Shown here piece by piece: positions 24,130 through 33,256 of a stretch of DNA of 64,000 nt (positions within the stretch are counted from its first letter, which is position 1; every line of letters starts with the position of its first letter). A program made the position numbers and the translations under genes. The notes beneath the pieces were generated by a model that was given only the letters and a program-made list of their open reading frames with translations, was not told where the DNA came from and searched no databases. The stretch is from an uncultured Thermoplasmata archaeon (GTDB lineage Archaea; Thermoplasmatota; Thermoplasmata; Lutacidiplasmatales; UBA184), in NCBI GenBank assembly GCA_963804525.1, contig CAWDQO010000003.1, positions 16,687 to 80,686 of the forward strand, read 5' to 3'.

Positions 24130-27100
24130 ATGCAATTGAGCTCCAGTCCCGCGCCGGCCCCATCGGCCCGTCGAGTCTCCCCTCCGAATCGTTGCCAGGA
24201 TCGACGGGGCCAACGGGGGCCCCGCACGAGTCGGAAGCTCCTCGCCGCGGCGGGAATCCTCGCCCTCGCCGTACTCGCGAGTTCCTTCGCGGGAGTGGGT
24301 GGGACCGTCCGCGGGGACCCGCCCTCCGGCCCTTCCGCGATCTCGAGTCGCTCCCTCTCGACGCCTGCCGGGACCGCCAGCGAGCTTCGGGCGTTGGCGG
24401 CGACCGCGTGTCCCGGGGCGTACACCCCCCAAAACGTCACGATCGTCAACGGCACCACGAATCGGGTGACGGCGAGCATCCCCGTCGGCACGGAGCCAAG
24501 TGCCCTCGTGACGGACACGGCCACGGGGGACCTATTCGTGACGAACTGGGGCTCATCGAACGTGAGCGTGCTGAACGGGTCGACGAACGACCTCGTGGCG
24601 ACCATCCCCGTGGGAAGCTCCCCTCGCGGGATCGCCTACGATCGCGCGAACGGCGACCTCTACGTCGCGAATTACCTCGTGGCCCCGGCGGCCGTGACCG
24701 TCCTCAGCGGCTCGAACCTCACCCGAATCGCGACGATCTCGATCCCGCTCAGCAACCTGCCGAGCACGTTCGCGGTGGACACGGCGACCGACACCATCTA
24801 CGTCGGGAACGGGAACTCGAACTACGTCAACGTGATCAACGGGACGACGAACCAACTCGCGGGGAACATCGCCGTCCCCTCGGACCCGTACGCGATGGCG
24901 ATCGACCCGGCGACGGGGGAACTCTACGCCCTCGACGAGCAGTCGGCGAACGTGAGCGTCATCAACACGACGTCCAACGTCGTCGTCGCGAACATCTCCG
25001 TCGGGATGTACCCCGTGGCCCTCGCGTTCGGCCCGATGGACCAGGACGCCTACATCGTCGACGCCGGCATCGCCAGCGGAAACGTCAGCGTGATCGACGT
25101 GGCGAACGACTCGGTGGTCGCCACGATTCCCGCGGGGCTCTCCCCGAACGGGATCGCGTTCGATGCTTCGAACCGCGAGGTCTACGTCTCGAACCAGTCG
25201 GCGAGGGCCCCGTACGGGGGCAACGTCGCCATTGTCAACACCACGACCAATACGGTCGTCGCGAACGTCAGCGTGGGGGCCGAGGACCATTCCCCGGTCG
25301 CGGATGCGGCGAACGGAGACGTCTACGTCGCGGACTTCGGTCCGGGGGATGTGGACGTGATCAACGGCTCCACGAACCGGCTGCTCCCCCCGGTCGCGAG
25401 TTGGAACGGGTCCGACGGGGCGAGCGACGTGCTCGTGGATTCCTCCAACGGGAACATCTACGTCCTGAACCAGGCCTTCTGGAGCGGCGTCACGACCTAC
25501 GAGCTCAGCTTCTCCGAGACGGGTCTTCCGGCGGGGACGAACTGGACGGTCGGACTCACCGCCTCGTGGGGGTCGACGGGATTCCCCACCTACGAATCGT
25601 CGACGCTCGGCTGCATCTGGTTCGAGGGGTACAACGCCACGTACGCGTTCACGGCGCGCCTCACGTCTCCCGCCGTCAATTGGACCTACGTGGCCTCCCC
25701 CGCGTCCGGATCCTTCAACGTCAGCGGGGGCCCCGTGAACGAATCGATCGTGTTCACGTTCGAGCCGATCTACCCGGTCGAGTTCAACGAAACCGGGTTG
25801 CCGAACGGGAGTGCCTGGTCTCTGACGTTCGAGGGGTACCCGGAGTCGTCTTCCACCGACACGATCGCTGTGTGGGAACCGAACGGCTCCTACTGGTACA
25901 ACGGTGTCGAGGGGCCCTCGGAGTACGCGGCAGCTCCCAATTCGGGTCGGCTCCTGGTGAACGGGTCGGCGCGGAACATCCCGATCGCATTTTCCACAAA
26001 GACGTTCGACGTCAACTTCACCGAATTCGGGCTTCCCGTCGGCACGACGTGGTCGGTCGACCTCGGTGGTGACACTCAGTCCAGCGCGTCGCGGGGTATC
26101 CCGTTCGAGGAGCCGTCCGGGAATTACTCGTACACCGTCGGCGCGGTTCCGGGCTACATCGCGACTCCGACCGCCGGCACCGTGACGGTGGTCGGCTGGA
26201 ACCAGTCGATCCTTCTGAAGTTCGGACCGATCCTCTACCCGGCCAACTTCACGGTCTCGGGGCTGCCGAGCGGGACGTCCTGGACGGTCGACCTCAACGG
26301 GACCGAGCTTTCCTCGACCGGAACCGTCATCTCGTTCCAGGAGCCGGCCGGGATCTATCCGTACTCGATCCCCCAGCTCGCGGGGTACTACTCGGCGCTC
26401 CAAGGGACGGTCACCGTCGGTGCCCCCGGGGTCACGCAATCGGTGGTGTTCGCCCCGATCGTCTTTTCCCTGACGTTCCGGGAGGCCGGATTGCCGAACG
26501 GGACCGGTTGGGGGGTGGCGATCGGGTCCTCCATCGAAACGACGCTGGGGGCGACGGTCACCTTCCCGGACGAGACCAACGGGACGTACGGGTATGTCGT
26601 GCTCTCCATCTCCGGGTACACGACGACCTATTCCGGGATCGCCGTCGTGAACGGGACCGACCGAACGGTCGAGGTACTGTTCGTTCCTCAAACGTTCCCG
26701 GTCGTCATCGTCGAGTTCGGCCTCGCCAACGGCACGAACTGGAGCGTGACGATCACGAACGCCTCTGCCGGGTTCAACGAGACGCACTGGTCGACGACCG
26801 AGGCGATCGTCTTCGACCTCCCCAATGGGACCTACGCGGTCTCGGTCGCCCTGCCGACGGGGTACACGTTCGCGCTCACCGCCACCCAGCTCACCGTGGC
26901 GGGTCGGGCGACGTCCGGACCGACTCTGAACGCGCAGTCGACGGCTCCCCCATCCTCCCGGGGCGTCCCGCCGGAGGGCTCGGGAACCCGGCCTGCGGGG
27001 TCCCCGGATCTGCCCGGTCGAACTCCTGGGGCTCGCGTTGGCGATCGCTGCCGTCCTCGTGGGGGCTTGGGTCCTCCGTCGCAGGCCCCCCCGGCCGGCT

Positions 27101-27169
27101 CGACCGCCCTTGTCGTTCCCAGATGCACCGCCGAAGGTGGTCCCGGAGAAACCATCGTTTCGGAGGTAG
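24130..27169 (+). CDS. Giant surface protein: YVTN beta-propeller repeats, six GLPxGTxW modules and a C-terminal TM anchor; frame broken about 26940-27020
   Basis: The start is the ATG at codon 43 of ORF 24004..27576. There are about ten repeats of the type NxVSVINxxTNxVVATIxVGxxPxGIAxDxxNGxLYVAN. The TM anchor ELLGLALAIAAVLVGAWVLRRR and a TAG at 27167-27169 lie in the +1 frame. The track frame instead runs on as R/G-rich text across the next gene. Confidence 0.8.
25498..26930 (+). repeat. Six tandem modules of about 77-91 aa, each starting [YF]xxxFxExGLPxGTxWSV
   Basis: Module starts, read from the sequence, are at about 25498, 25771, 26005, 26235, 26464 and 26695, a period of about 230-273 nt. 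Each contains a later PNGTY/GNYSY...GY segment. Confidence 0.8.
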
Positions 27170-27255
27170 GAGGGACGCAACGCCCCGGGTCGGGCGGACG
27201 CGCAGGACGGTCCTCGGGGGCCGCCCGTCCAGGACAGCCCCCTCGGGCGGCCCGG

Positions 27256-27534
27256 TCAGGCGTCATCCGTGATGGCGCGGGGCCGGGGGATGACCTTCGG
27301 CTGGTCGGCATCGGTGGGCATTCCCGACTTCCCCTCGACGATGTCGCAGTCCTGCCAGTTCACGCCGACCGTGACCTTCGGGAAGGCGACCTTGATCGTG
27401 TAGGTGGCGAGCTTCCCGACGACCAGCCCGTTCGCCCCCTCGACGAGGTTCGGGTTCATGATGGAGAGGTCCCGGGTGAGGACGACGCGGGTCTTGCCGA
27501 AGACGATCCGCTGGAGCTCCTCCCGGTTCTTCAT
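27256..27534 (-). CDS. Hypothetical 92-aa protein
   Basis: The composition is protein-like (MKNREELQRIVFGKTRVVLTRDLSIMNPNLVEG...). An AT-rich TTTAAG element lies about 38 nt upstream. I recognise no family. Confidence 0.55.
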   Translation of the reverse strand: MKNREELQRIVFGKTRVVLTRDLSIMNPNLVEGANGLVVGKLATYTIKVAFPKVTVGVNWQDCDIVEGKSGMPTDADQPKVIPRPRAITDDA

Positions 27535-27649
27535 CGGGGGTCCCTGCGCGCGCGCGTAGCGGCCTCCCGTTCTTAAACTCGCGGCGTCGGGAGCGGCCGA
27601 GAAGGGTATTTAGAGGGAACCGCGGTGCCTCCGACGCGCCGGGGCCCGA

Positions 27650-27859
27650 ATGGTGGAGCGGGGGCGTCCCATCGAACGGTTGGAGAAGACCGTTCATCTC
27701 AGGATCGACCCAAATGACGACAGCACGACCGTCGAGGACGTCCTCGCGAAGATCTCCGAGCTCCAGCGGAAGCACCCGGACCGGGAAGTCTTCTTCGACG
27801 GCGACGAGTACGCCATCTGCTCCCGGCCGAAACGCCCCCGCGTCACCGTCGCGCACTGA
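27650..27859 (+). CDS. Hypothetical 69-aa protein immediately upstream of tpiA
   Basis: The composition is protein-like (MVERGRPIERLEKTVHLRIDPNDDSTTVEDVLAKISELQRKHPDREVFFDGDEYAICS). TATTTAG lies about 35 nt upstream. I recognise no family. Confidence 0.55.
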   Translation: MVERGRPIERLEKTVHLRIDPNDDSTTVEDVLAKISELQRKHPDREVFFDGDEYAICSRPKRPRVTVAH

Positions 27860-28565
27860 CCACGCCCCGCTCGGCGCCCCGCTCTTCGTCCTCAACCTGA
27901 AGGCGTACCCGAACTGCCTCGGCCCCGGGGCGGCCAAGATCGGCACCGCTCTCGCCAAGGAGGGCCACCGTCTCGGCATCTCGGTCGCGATCTGCCCGTC
28001 GGCCCCGGACCTCGGCACCCTGGCGGCCCTGCTCCCGGTCCCCGTCCTCGCCCAGCACGTCGACCCGGAGGACCCCGGAGCCCACACGGGATCGATCGTC
28101 GCCGAGGCGCTCGCCGCCTCCGGCGTCTCCGGGAGCCTCCTCAACCACTCGGAGCATCCGATGGCCGAGGACGACCTCGGGCGGGTCGTCGCCCACTTGC
28201 AATCCCTCGGCCTCGTACCCGTCGTCTGCGCGAAGGACGTCGACGATTCCCGCCGGCTCGCCCGCTCCCGACCCGCCTACCTCGCCGTCGAGCCGCCGGA
28301 GCTGATCGGGGGAGACCGCTCGGTCGCCACGGCCCGCCCGGAGGTGGTCCGGGACGCCGTCGCGGCGGTCCGGGAGGTTTCCCCGGCCACCCGCGTCCTC
28401 TGTGGGGCCGGAGTCCGGGACCGGAACGACGTCCGCATCGCCCTCGAGCTCGGGGCCGTCGGGGTCCTCGTCGCGAGCGCGGTGACGCGGGTCGCCGACT
28501 GCGACGAGGCGATCGGCGAACTTCTTGCCGGGTATCCTACCCGCCACCCGTCCCCCCGTCCCTGA
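27858..28565 (+). CDS. tpiA: Triosephosphate isomerase, archaeal short type; start codon not identifiable
   Basis: Motifs are PLFVLNLKAY, LAQHVDPEDPGAHTGS, LLNHSEH, AVEPPELIGG and LCGAGV. The only in-frame start is ATG 27714, which gives an S/R/T-rich extension overlapping the upstream ORF. There is no ATG, GTG or TTG between 27860 and the conserved core. Confidence 0.85.
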   Translation, partial: DHAPLGAPLFVLNLKAYPNCLGPGAAKIGTALAKEGHRLGISVAICPSAPDLGTLAALLPVPVLAQHVDPEDPGAHTGSIVAEALAASGVSGSLLNHSEHPMAEDDLGRVVAHLQSLGLVPVVCAKDVDDSRRLARSRPAYLAVEPPELIGGDRSVATARPEVVRDAVAAVREVSPATRVLCGAGVRDRNDVRIALELGAVGVLVASAVTRVADCDEAIGELLAGYPTRHPSPRP

Positions 28566-28578
28566 ACTCGTCGCTGGC

Positions 28579-29558
28579 ATGCCGGAGCCGACCGACCCCG
28601 CGTCCTCGGACGTGGTCGGGATCGACCTCGGCGGCACGAAGATCGCGGCGGCGTTCGTCGACCCCTCCGGCCGATTGAGTTCCGAAGTCCTCCGCCGCAA
28701 CCACTCGAACGCGGGGCCGGAGGCGGTGACCGGCGAGGTCGTCTGGTTGGTGCGTCAGCTGGAGGAGCGTACCGGCTGGCACCCCCGGGGGGTGGGGATC
28801 GGCATCGCGGCGCAGGTCGACCGCGGGACGGGGGTCGTGCATCACGCGCCCAACCTCCGCTGGTCGAACATACCGCTCGGCGCGCGGCTCGGCGCGGAGC
28901 TCGGTGTCCCGGTGGCCGTTCTCAACGACGCCCGGGCCGCCACGGTCGGGGAGTGGCGTCACGGCGCCGGGCAGGGCGTGGACGACCTCCTCGTGGTCTT
29001 CGTGGGGACCGGCATCGGCGGAAGCGTCGTGCTGGGCGGGCGGCTCCCGGAGGGCGCCGACGGGGCGATCGGAGAGGTCGGCCATGCGATCCTCGTCGCG
29101 AACGGCCGCAAGTGCCACTGCCCGGGGCGGGGGTGCCTCGAGGCGTACGCTTCCGGATGGGCGGTCGCGGACCGCGCCCGAGAGGCGATTTTGGCGGACC
29201 CCGAGCGCGGCGCCACGCTGATCGCGGCGTCGGGGGGCCCGGACCTCGTCTCTGCGGAATCGGTCGGCCGTGCGGCCCGGTCCGGGACCCGCTCGCCAGC
29301 ACTCTCCGGGACGACTCGCTCGGATACCTCGGCGCGGGAGTCGCCGGGCTGGTGAACGCCTTCAATCCCCGCCGAGTTCTGTTGGGGGGAGGTGTGGTGG
29401 AGGGTTGGCCGGAAACCCTCCCCGCGGTCCAGGACGCTGTCCGGGGCCACTGTCAGCCCCCCGCACGGAACGCGGAGGTCCGACAGGTCGCGCTCGGGGC
29501 GAACGCGGTGCTGATCGGAGCGGCGAGCTGGGCGCGCCGGGCCGCGCCGACCCGATAG
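28579..29558 (+). CDS. ROK-family glucokinase; frame broken at the GGG run at 29284-29286
   Basis: Motifs are VVGIDLGGTKIAAA, VGTGIGGSVV and GHAILVANGRKCHCPGRGCLEAYASG. The text then runs ...RAARSG | DPLASTLRDDSLGYLGAGVAGLVNAFNPRRVLLGGGV in the -1 frame. Adding one G restores the familiar AR.GDPLA context. Confidence 0.85.
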
Positions 29559-29649
29559 GTCCGGGATTCGCTCCGCCGCCCGGGGGAGTTCGGCGTCGCG
29601 GTCGCGGCTTCGGGCGCCGGGCTCGTCGAGTCGGCGGGGGCGGCTCGGC

Positions 29650-30648
29650 TTAGGTGAGGCGGTACTCGCGCCGCCGGGAATCGACGAGCGAGACCCCTTC
29701 CCGGACCAACCCTTGGCGGCGGAGCGACTCGAGGCCGCTCTGGACCGTCCGTCGTGGGAGACGCGAGAGTCGGACGAGCTCGGACTGGTCCAGACCCCGG
29801 TAAGTCTCGAGGAGGAAGTAGAGGAATTTCGTGGCCGGGGGACCCCGGACCGACCGCGAGGAGCGGATGCTGCCGAACGTGTCGCCCCGCAGCCCAAGCC
29901 GCTCGCTCGCCAACGGCCCGACGGAACTGAGGGCGATGTTCCCGAGGTTCGTCTCGGACCCGAGCTCCTTGAGGAGCGCGACCTGCTGGGACTCCTGGGG
30001 GGCCTCGAAGATCAGCTCCTCGGCAGGGTGGTCGGCGACGATCGCGCGCACCCAATCCCACTTGATGGCGCCTTCCCCGTCGTAGATTCCCACCCCCCGT
30101 CCGGACTCCCGACTCTCGATGATGACCTTCCGGGGGTTGAGGGCAAGGGCCTGACCGATCCGGTCGAGCGTCTCCCGGAGGGAGAGCTGGTTCTGGGGAT
30201 TCTTCTTCCCGACCTCGATGAACACCCCGAGCCGGTGGGACTTGACCTCCTCGGCCAGCTTCGCGATCTGGGTGGCCGCCATTTCGATGACCCCATCGGA
30301 GACCTCGACGATATCGAACCCGAGCTCCTTGGCCTCGCTAATCGCGGCCGAGGCGCGGTCCCGCGCCACCGCGTACTCGAGGAGCGTACCCCCGGTCGAC
30401 ACCTCGACCCCGAGGTCGTGGTAGAACCGAATCCGTTTCCGGACCTGTTCCCGGGGGAGCAGCAGCGGGAGCCCCCATCCGATCTTGACGACGTCGATGT
30501 ATCGCGCGAGCGGCTTGAGCCACTCTTCGGAGAGAGGGTCGAGCCGGTCGAGAACGTGGGTCATCCCGGTCTTGCGAGGCCGGGTCGGGTTCGCCGGGTC
30601 GGACGGAAAGAACGTAGATGCGGGCTTCCGGTGCGCCGGGATTGCCAT
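29650..30648 (-). CDS. comA: Phosphosulfolactate synthase (ComA family) fused to a C-terminal winged-helix domain
   Basis: The start is the ATG at codon 80 of ORF 29650..30885. Motifs are YIDVVKIGWG, STGGTLLEYA, LGFDIVEVSDG, IIESRESG, LIFEAPQESQQVALLKELG and LGLRGDTFG. About 75 extra residues follow: FLYFLLETYRGLDQSELVRLSRLPRRTVQSGLESLRRQGLV...RRREYRL. Confidence 0.85.
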   Translation of the reverse strand: MAIPAHRKPASTFFPSDPANPTRPRKTGMTHVLDRLDPLSEEWLKPLARYIDVVKIGWGLPLLLPREQVRKRIRFYHDLGVEVSTGGTLLEYAVARDRASAAISEAKELGFDIVEVSDGVIEMAATQIAKLAEEVKSHRLGVFIEVGKKNPQNQLSLRETLDRIGQALALNPRKVIIESRESGRGVGIYDGEGAIKWDWVRAIVADHPAEELIFEAPQESQQVALLKELGSETNLGNIALSSVGPLASERLGLRGDTFGSIRSSRSVRGPPATKFLYFLLETYRGLDQSELVRLSRLPRRTVQSGLESLRRQGLVREGVSLVDSRRREYRLT

Positions 30649-30955
30649 CGTTCCCGCCTCTTGGGCGCCGGTCCCAGTTTTTGGCGGTATAAAGTCCTCG
30701 TGGGGGGGCCGCGGACGCGTGCCGCAATTCTCGCATCGATTGAGACGGCTCGGGCCGCGATCGGACGGCGGCCTGGACCGCACCTCCCCACCGTCGAGAT
30801 CGGACCGGGCCGTCGCGGAGCAGCCCTCCGGCGGTCCAACGGACGACTCCGGTCTTTCGACACGGGGAGGTCTGGCGCCCCCCATGGCGGGGAGTATCTC
30901 GCGGGTAACTCAGGGCGTTAAGCGGGGGGACGGAGTGCGGTCCCGGGAGAGAGCC

Positions 30956-31600
30956 ATGAAAGTTGGGATCATCGGGTCGGGAGAAGTTGGCCAGCACCTC
31001 GGGACGGGTTTTGCCGCTACCGGCCACGAGGTGATGGTCGGGAGCCGCGAACCCGCCAGTGAAAAACTCGCCAAGTGGACATCGGCTGCCGGCCCGAAGG
31101 CCTCCACGGGGACGTTCGCCGACGCTGCGAAGTTCGGCGAACTGGTGGTCGTCGCGACGCTCTGGAGCGGGACCGAAAGTGCCCTCCGGCTCGCGGCCCC
31201 CGCCAACCTCGCCGGCAAGGTCGTGATCGACGCGACCAACCCGCTCGCCTTCCGTGAGAACGGTCCCCCCGGGCTCGCGCTCGGGCACACCGATTCCGGC
31301 GGGGAGCAAGTCCAGAGGTGGCTGCCGAGCTCGCACGTCGTGAAAGCGTTCAACATCGTCGGCAACGAGGACATGTTCCGTCCGGAGTTTCCCGGCGGCC
31401 CACCGGACATGTTCTTTTGCGGCAACGACGAGGGTGCGAAGAAGTCGGTCGCAGCCATTCTGCAGTCGTTCGGTTGGAACCCCGTCGACATCGGGGGATT
31501 GGAGGGCGCTCGCCTCATGGAGTCCCTGTGCCTTCTCTGGGTGGGATACATGTTCCGGACCGGGTCGCGCCACCACGCGCTGAAGATGCTCCACCGCTGA
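30956..31600 (+). CDS. NADPH-dependent F420 reductase-like oxidoreductase (NpdG / F420-dependent NADP oxidoreductase family)
   Basis: The start is the ATG at codon 158 of ORF 30485..31600. The Rossmann motif is MKVGIIGSGEVGQ, followed by VVIDATNPL and VVKAFN. Confidence 0.75.
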   Translation: MKVGIIGSGEVGQHLGTGFAATGHEVMVGSREPASEKLAKWTSAAGPKASTGTFADAAKFGELVVVATLWSGTESALRLAAPANLAGKVVIDATNPLAFRENGPPGLALGHTDSGGEQVQRWLPSSHVVKAFNIVGNEDMFRPEFPGGPPDMFFCGNDEGAKKSVAAILQSFGWNPVDIGGLEGARLMESLCLLWVGYMFRTGSRHHALKMLHR

Positions 31601-31627
31601 GGGCCCTCGGGGGGGCTCCCCGAGGGC

Positions 31628-31652
31628 GGTCCCCGCCGGCCGGGCGGGGACC
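31628..31652 (+). terminator. GC hairpin (10-bp stem, 5-nt loop) 28 nt after the reductase stop
   Basis: The hairpin is GGTCCCCGCC-GGCCG-GGCGGGGACC. No T-tract follows, so the terminator function is uncertain. Confidence 0.3.
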
Positions 31653-31676
31653 CGGGCGCGTCGACCGACCGCCTTA

Positions 31677-31695
31677 ACTATACATATGCATATGA
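31677..31695 (+). promoter_or_regulatory. AT-rich TATA-like element overlapping the perfect 12-bp palindrome CATATGCATATG, directly upstream of vapB
   Basis: The sequence is TAACTATACATATGCATATGACTATGCATG. The palindrome spans 31684-31695 and the vapB ATG is at 31702. Confidence 0.55.
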
Positions 31696-31701
31696 CTATG
31701 C

Positions 31702-31917
31702 ATGTCGTCCCGAAACGTCGCCGTTCGAATGGACGTCTACGACGCGCTCCGAAAGGAGCGTCGCCCTCAGGAGAGCTTCACGAAGCTCTTCCTCCGCCTG
31801 ATGAGCCAGAAGACCCCGATCGAACAGACCGTCGGAGCGTGGGGGAGGTTCGACCGTCGACGGGCGGGCCGCCTCCTCCACGAGCTCCGCGGCGGGTCCC
31901 CCGGGGGTCGACGGTGA
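31702..31917 (+). CDS. vapB: VapB-type antitoxin (COG1753-like archaeal antitoxin)
   Basis: It begins MSSRNVAVRMDVYDALRKERRPQESFTKLFLRLM. It is small and basic, and its stop overlaps the PIN gene start (GTGA). Confidence 0.7.
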   Translation: MSSRNVAVRMDVYDALRKERRPQESFTKLFLRLMSQKTPIEQTVGAWGRFDRRRAGRLLHELRGGSPGGRR

Positions 31918-32312
31918 AGGGGTTCGATACCCCCGTGCTCCTCGAGATCCTCGAGGGGAGACCGGCGGCGGCGAAGCTCCTGAACCGCCTGTCGGGAGAG
32001 GAGCTCTGCACGACGGAGGCGAACCTCTTCGAGCTCGAGGCGATCGCACGTCAGGAGCGCGGACCGGCCCTCGAAAAGCGACTTGCCGCGCTCGCGCGAC
32101 TCCGACGGGGCCTCACCGTCCTCGCGCTCGACGAGACGGCCGCGAGGACCGCGGGGGCCAGGTGGAGAGACGGCGGCCAGGGCCTGACCGCGCAAGCCTG
32201 GATGGTGTTCGGCGCCCTGGAGGCGAACGGTTGCACCGAGTGGTTGACCTCCCGCGGAGCAGCGTTCCCGAAGGTCCCTGGGAAGCTCCGTGTCAATCGC
32301 TGCGTACCTTAG
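31914..32312 (+). CDS. vapC: PIN-domain ribonuclease toxin VapC
   Basis: VKGFDTPVLLEIL supplies the first acidic residue, TTEANLFELE the second and LALDETAA the third. Confidence 0.72.
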   Translation: MKGFDTPVLLEILEGRPAAAKLLNRLSGEELCTTEANLFELEAIARQERGPALEKRLAALARLRRGLTVLALDETAARTAGARWRDGGQGLTAQAWMVFGALEANGCTEWLTSRGAAFPKVPGKLRVNRCVP

Positions 32313-33256
32313 CGTCTGAGTCGTTTAGGAGCGCATCTCGCAGTCTGTAGAGCCGTTACGGGGTGGAATTGGGGCGCCTCTCTCTCGAGTCGCGACCGGG
32401 GCGGTTCTCCAGGCCCGATCGCCTGCGCCCCCCTGCTCTGGACGGCGTGGACGGGGAAATCGACGGCTCGCCTATCTGCGCTACTTGTTCTCACATGTGC
32501 GCGACTATGGCTCCCAACACGGGTGGACGCAGTATCGGGCCCCCTTGAGACGCCCGGCTCGACCTGCAGGTGAGGGTTGGAGGCGGAAACTCTCCGTCGA
32601 GAAGTTGTATAACACGAGTTATACGAACCCCCTTGGGGCCAAGACGCTACCGTCGGAGAACGGTCGATTTGCCTCCCCCCAGGGCAGAGGGTCTAGTCTG
32701 GAGGCAGGCTGGCCCCCGGAAGTCGACCCTGGGGCCAGATCCGCCGGTCGGGATGTCCCCAGACCTCTGCAGACTCCCCCTCCCTAAGCTCCGCCCCGAG
32801 GGTCGTCGGAGCGCGGAGCGACCATTTTCCGGCCCGATCTCGGTGGCAACTCCGAACTCCTCGTCTCCAACGCTGAGATGCGCGCCTCGAGATGTGTGAG
32901 TTGCGTCGACGACCTCGTCCATCGGACGCCCACCCTCCAGCGTGTGGGGAGGGCGCCCGTCCGCCGTTCTCGGGAGTCTTCTGCCGAGGATTCGACCCTC
33001 GAGTACCTCTCGGCCAAGGCCGCCCGTCGAGATCGTGCGCCCAGTCCCGCGTTGCGGAAGGAGTACCGACCGCTTAAGTTCGGCAACTCCACATATGTAT
33101 CCCCATATATGGAGTGCATGAACTCCCAAACCTCCTCTCGCGAGCATTCGTGCCGCTCGGGACGATCCGGAAGTCTCCGATGCGGGTCGAAGTCGCACCG
33201 AGGACTCTCCGGTAGGAACATTACAAAGAAGTAGCCCACCGACGGCTAGTACGTCG

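Noticed and set aside
27714-27857. ATG 27714 as the tpiA start, as given by the ORF track.
   Set aside because: It would add an S/R/T/P-rich extension of about 50 aa. That extension is just the off-frame reading of the well-formed ORF 27650..27859. I kept it only as the formal in-frame start and flagged the problem instead.
32978-33025. tRNA-like segment on the minus strand (GGCCGAGAGGTA ... CGAGG-GTCGAAT-CCTCG). A second T-arm-like GAGGGTTCGACCCTCCA occurs at about 33260 on the plus strand.
   Set aside because: I could not close an acceptor stem or find an anticodon arm for the first. The T-loop of the second has only 5 nt and lies inside the signal-peptide codons of the Kelch gene. Neither is reported as a tRNA; they are mentioned only as a possible scar.
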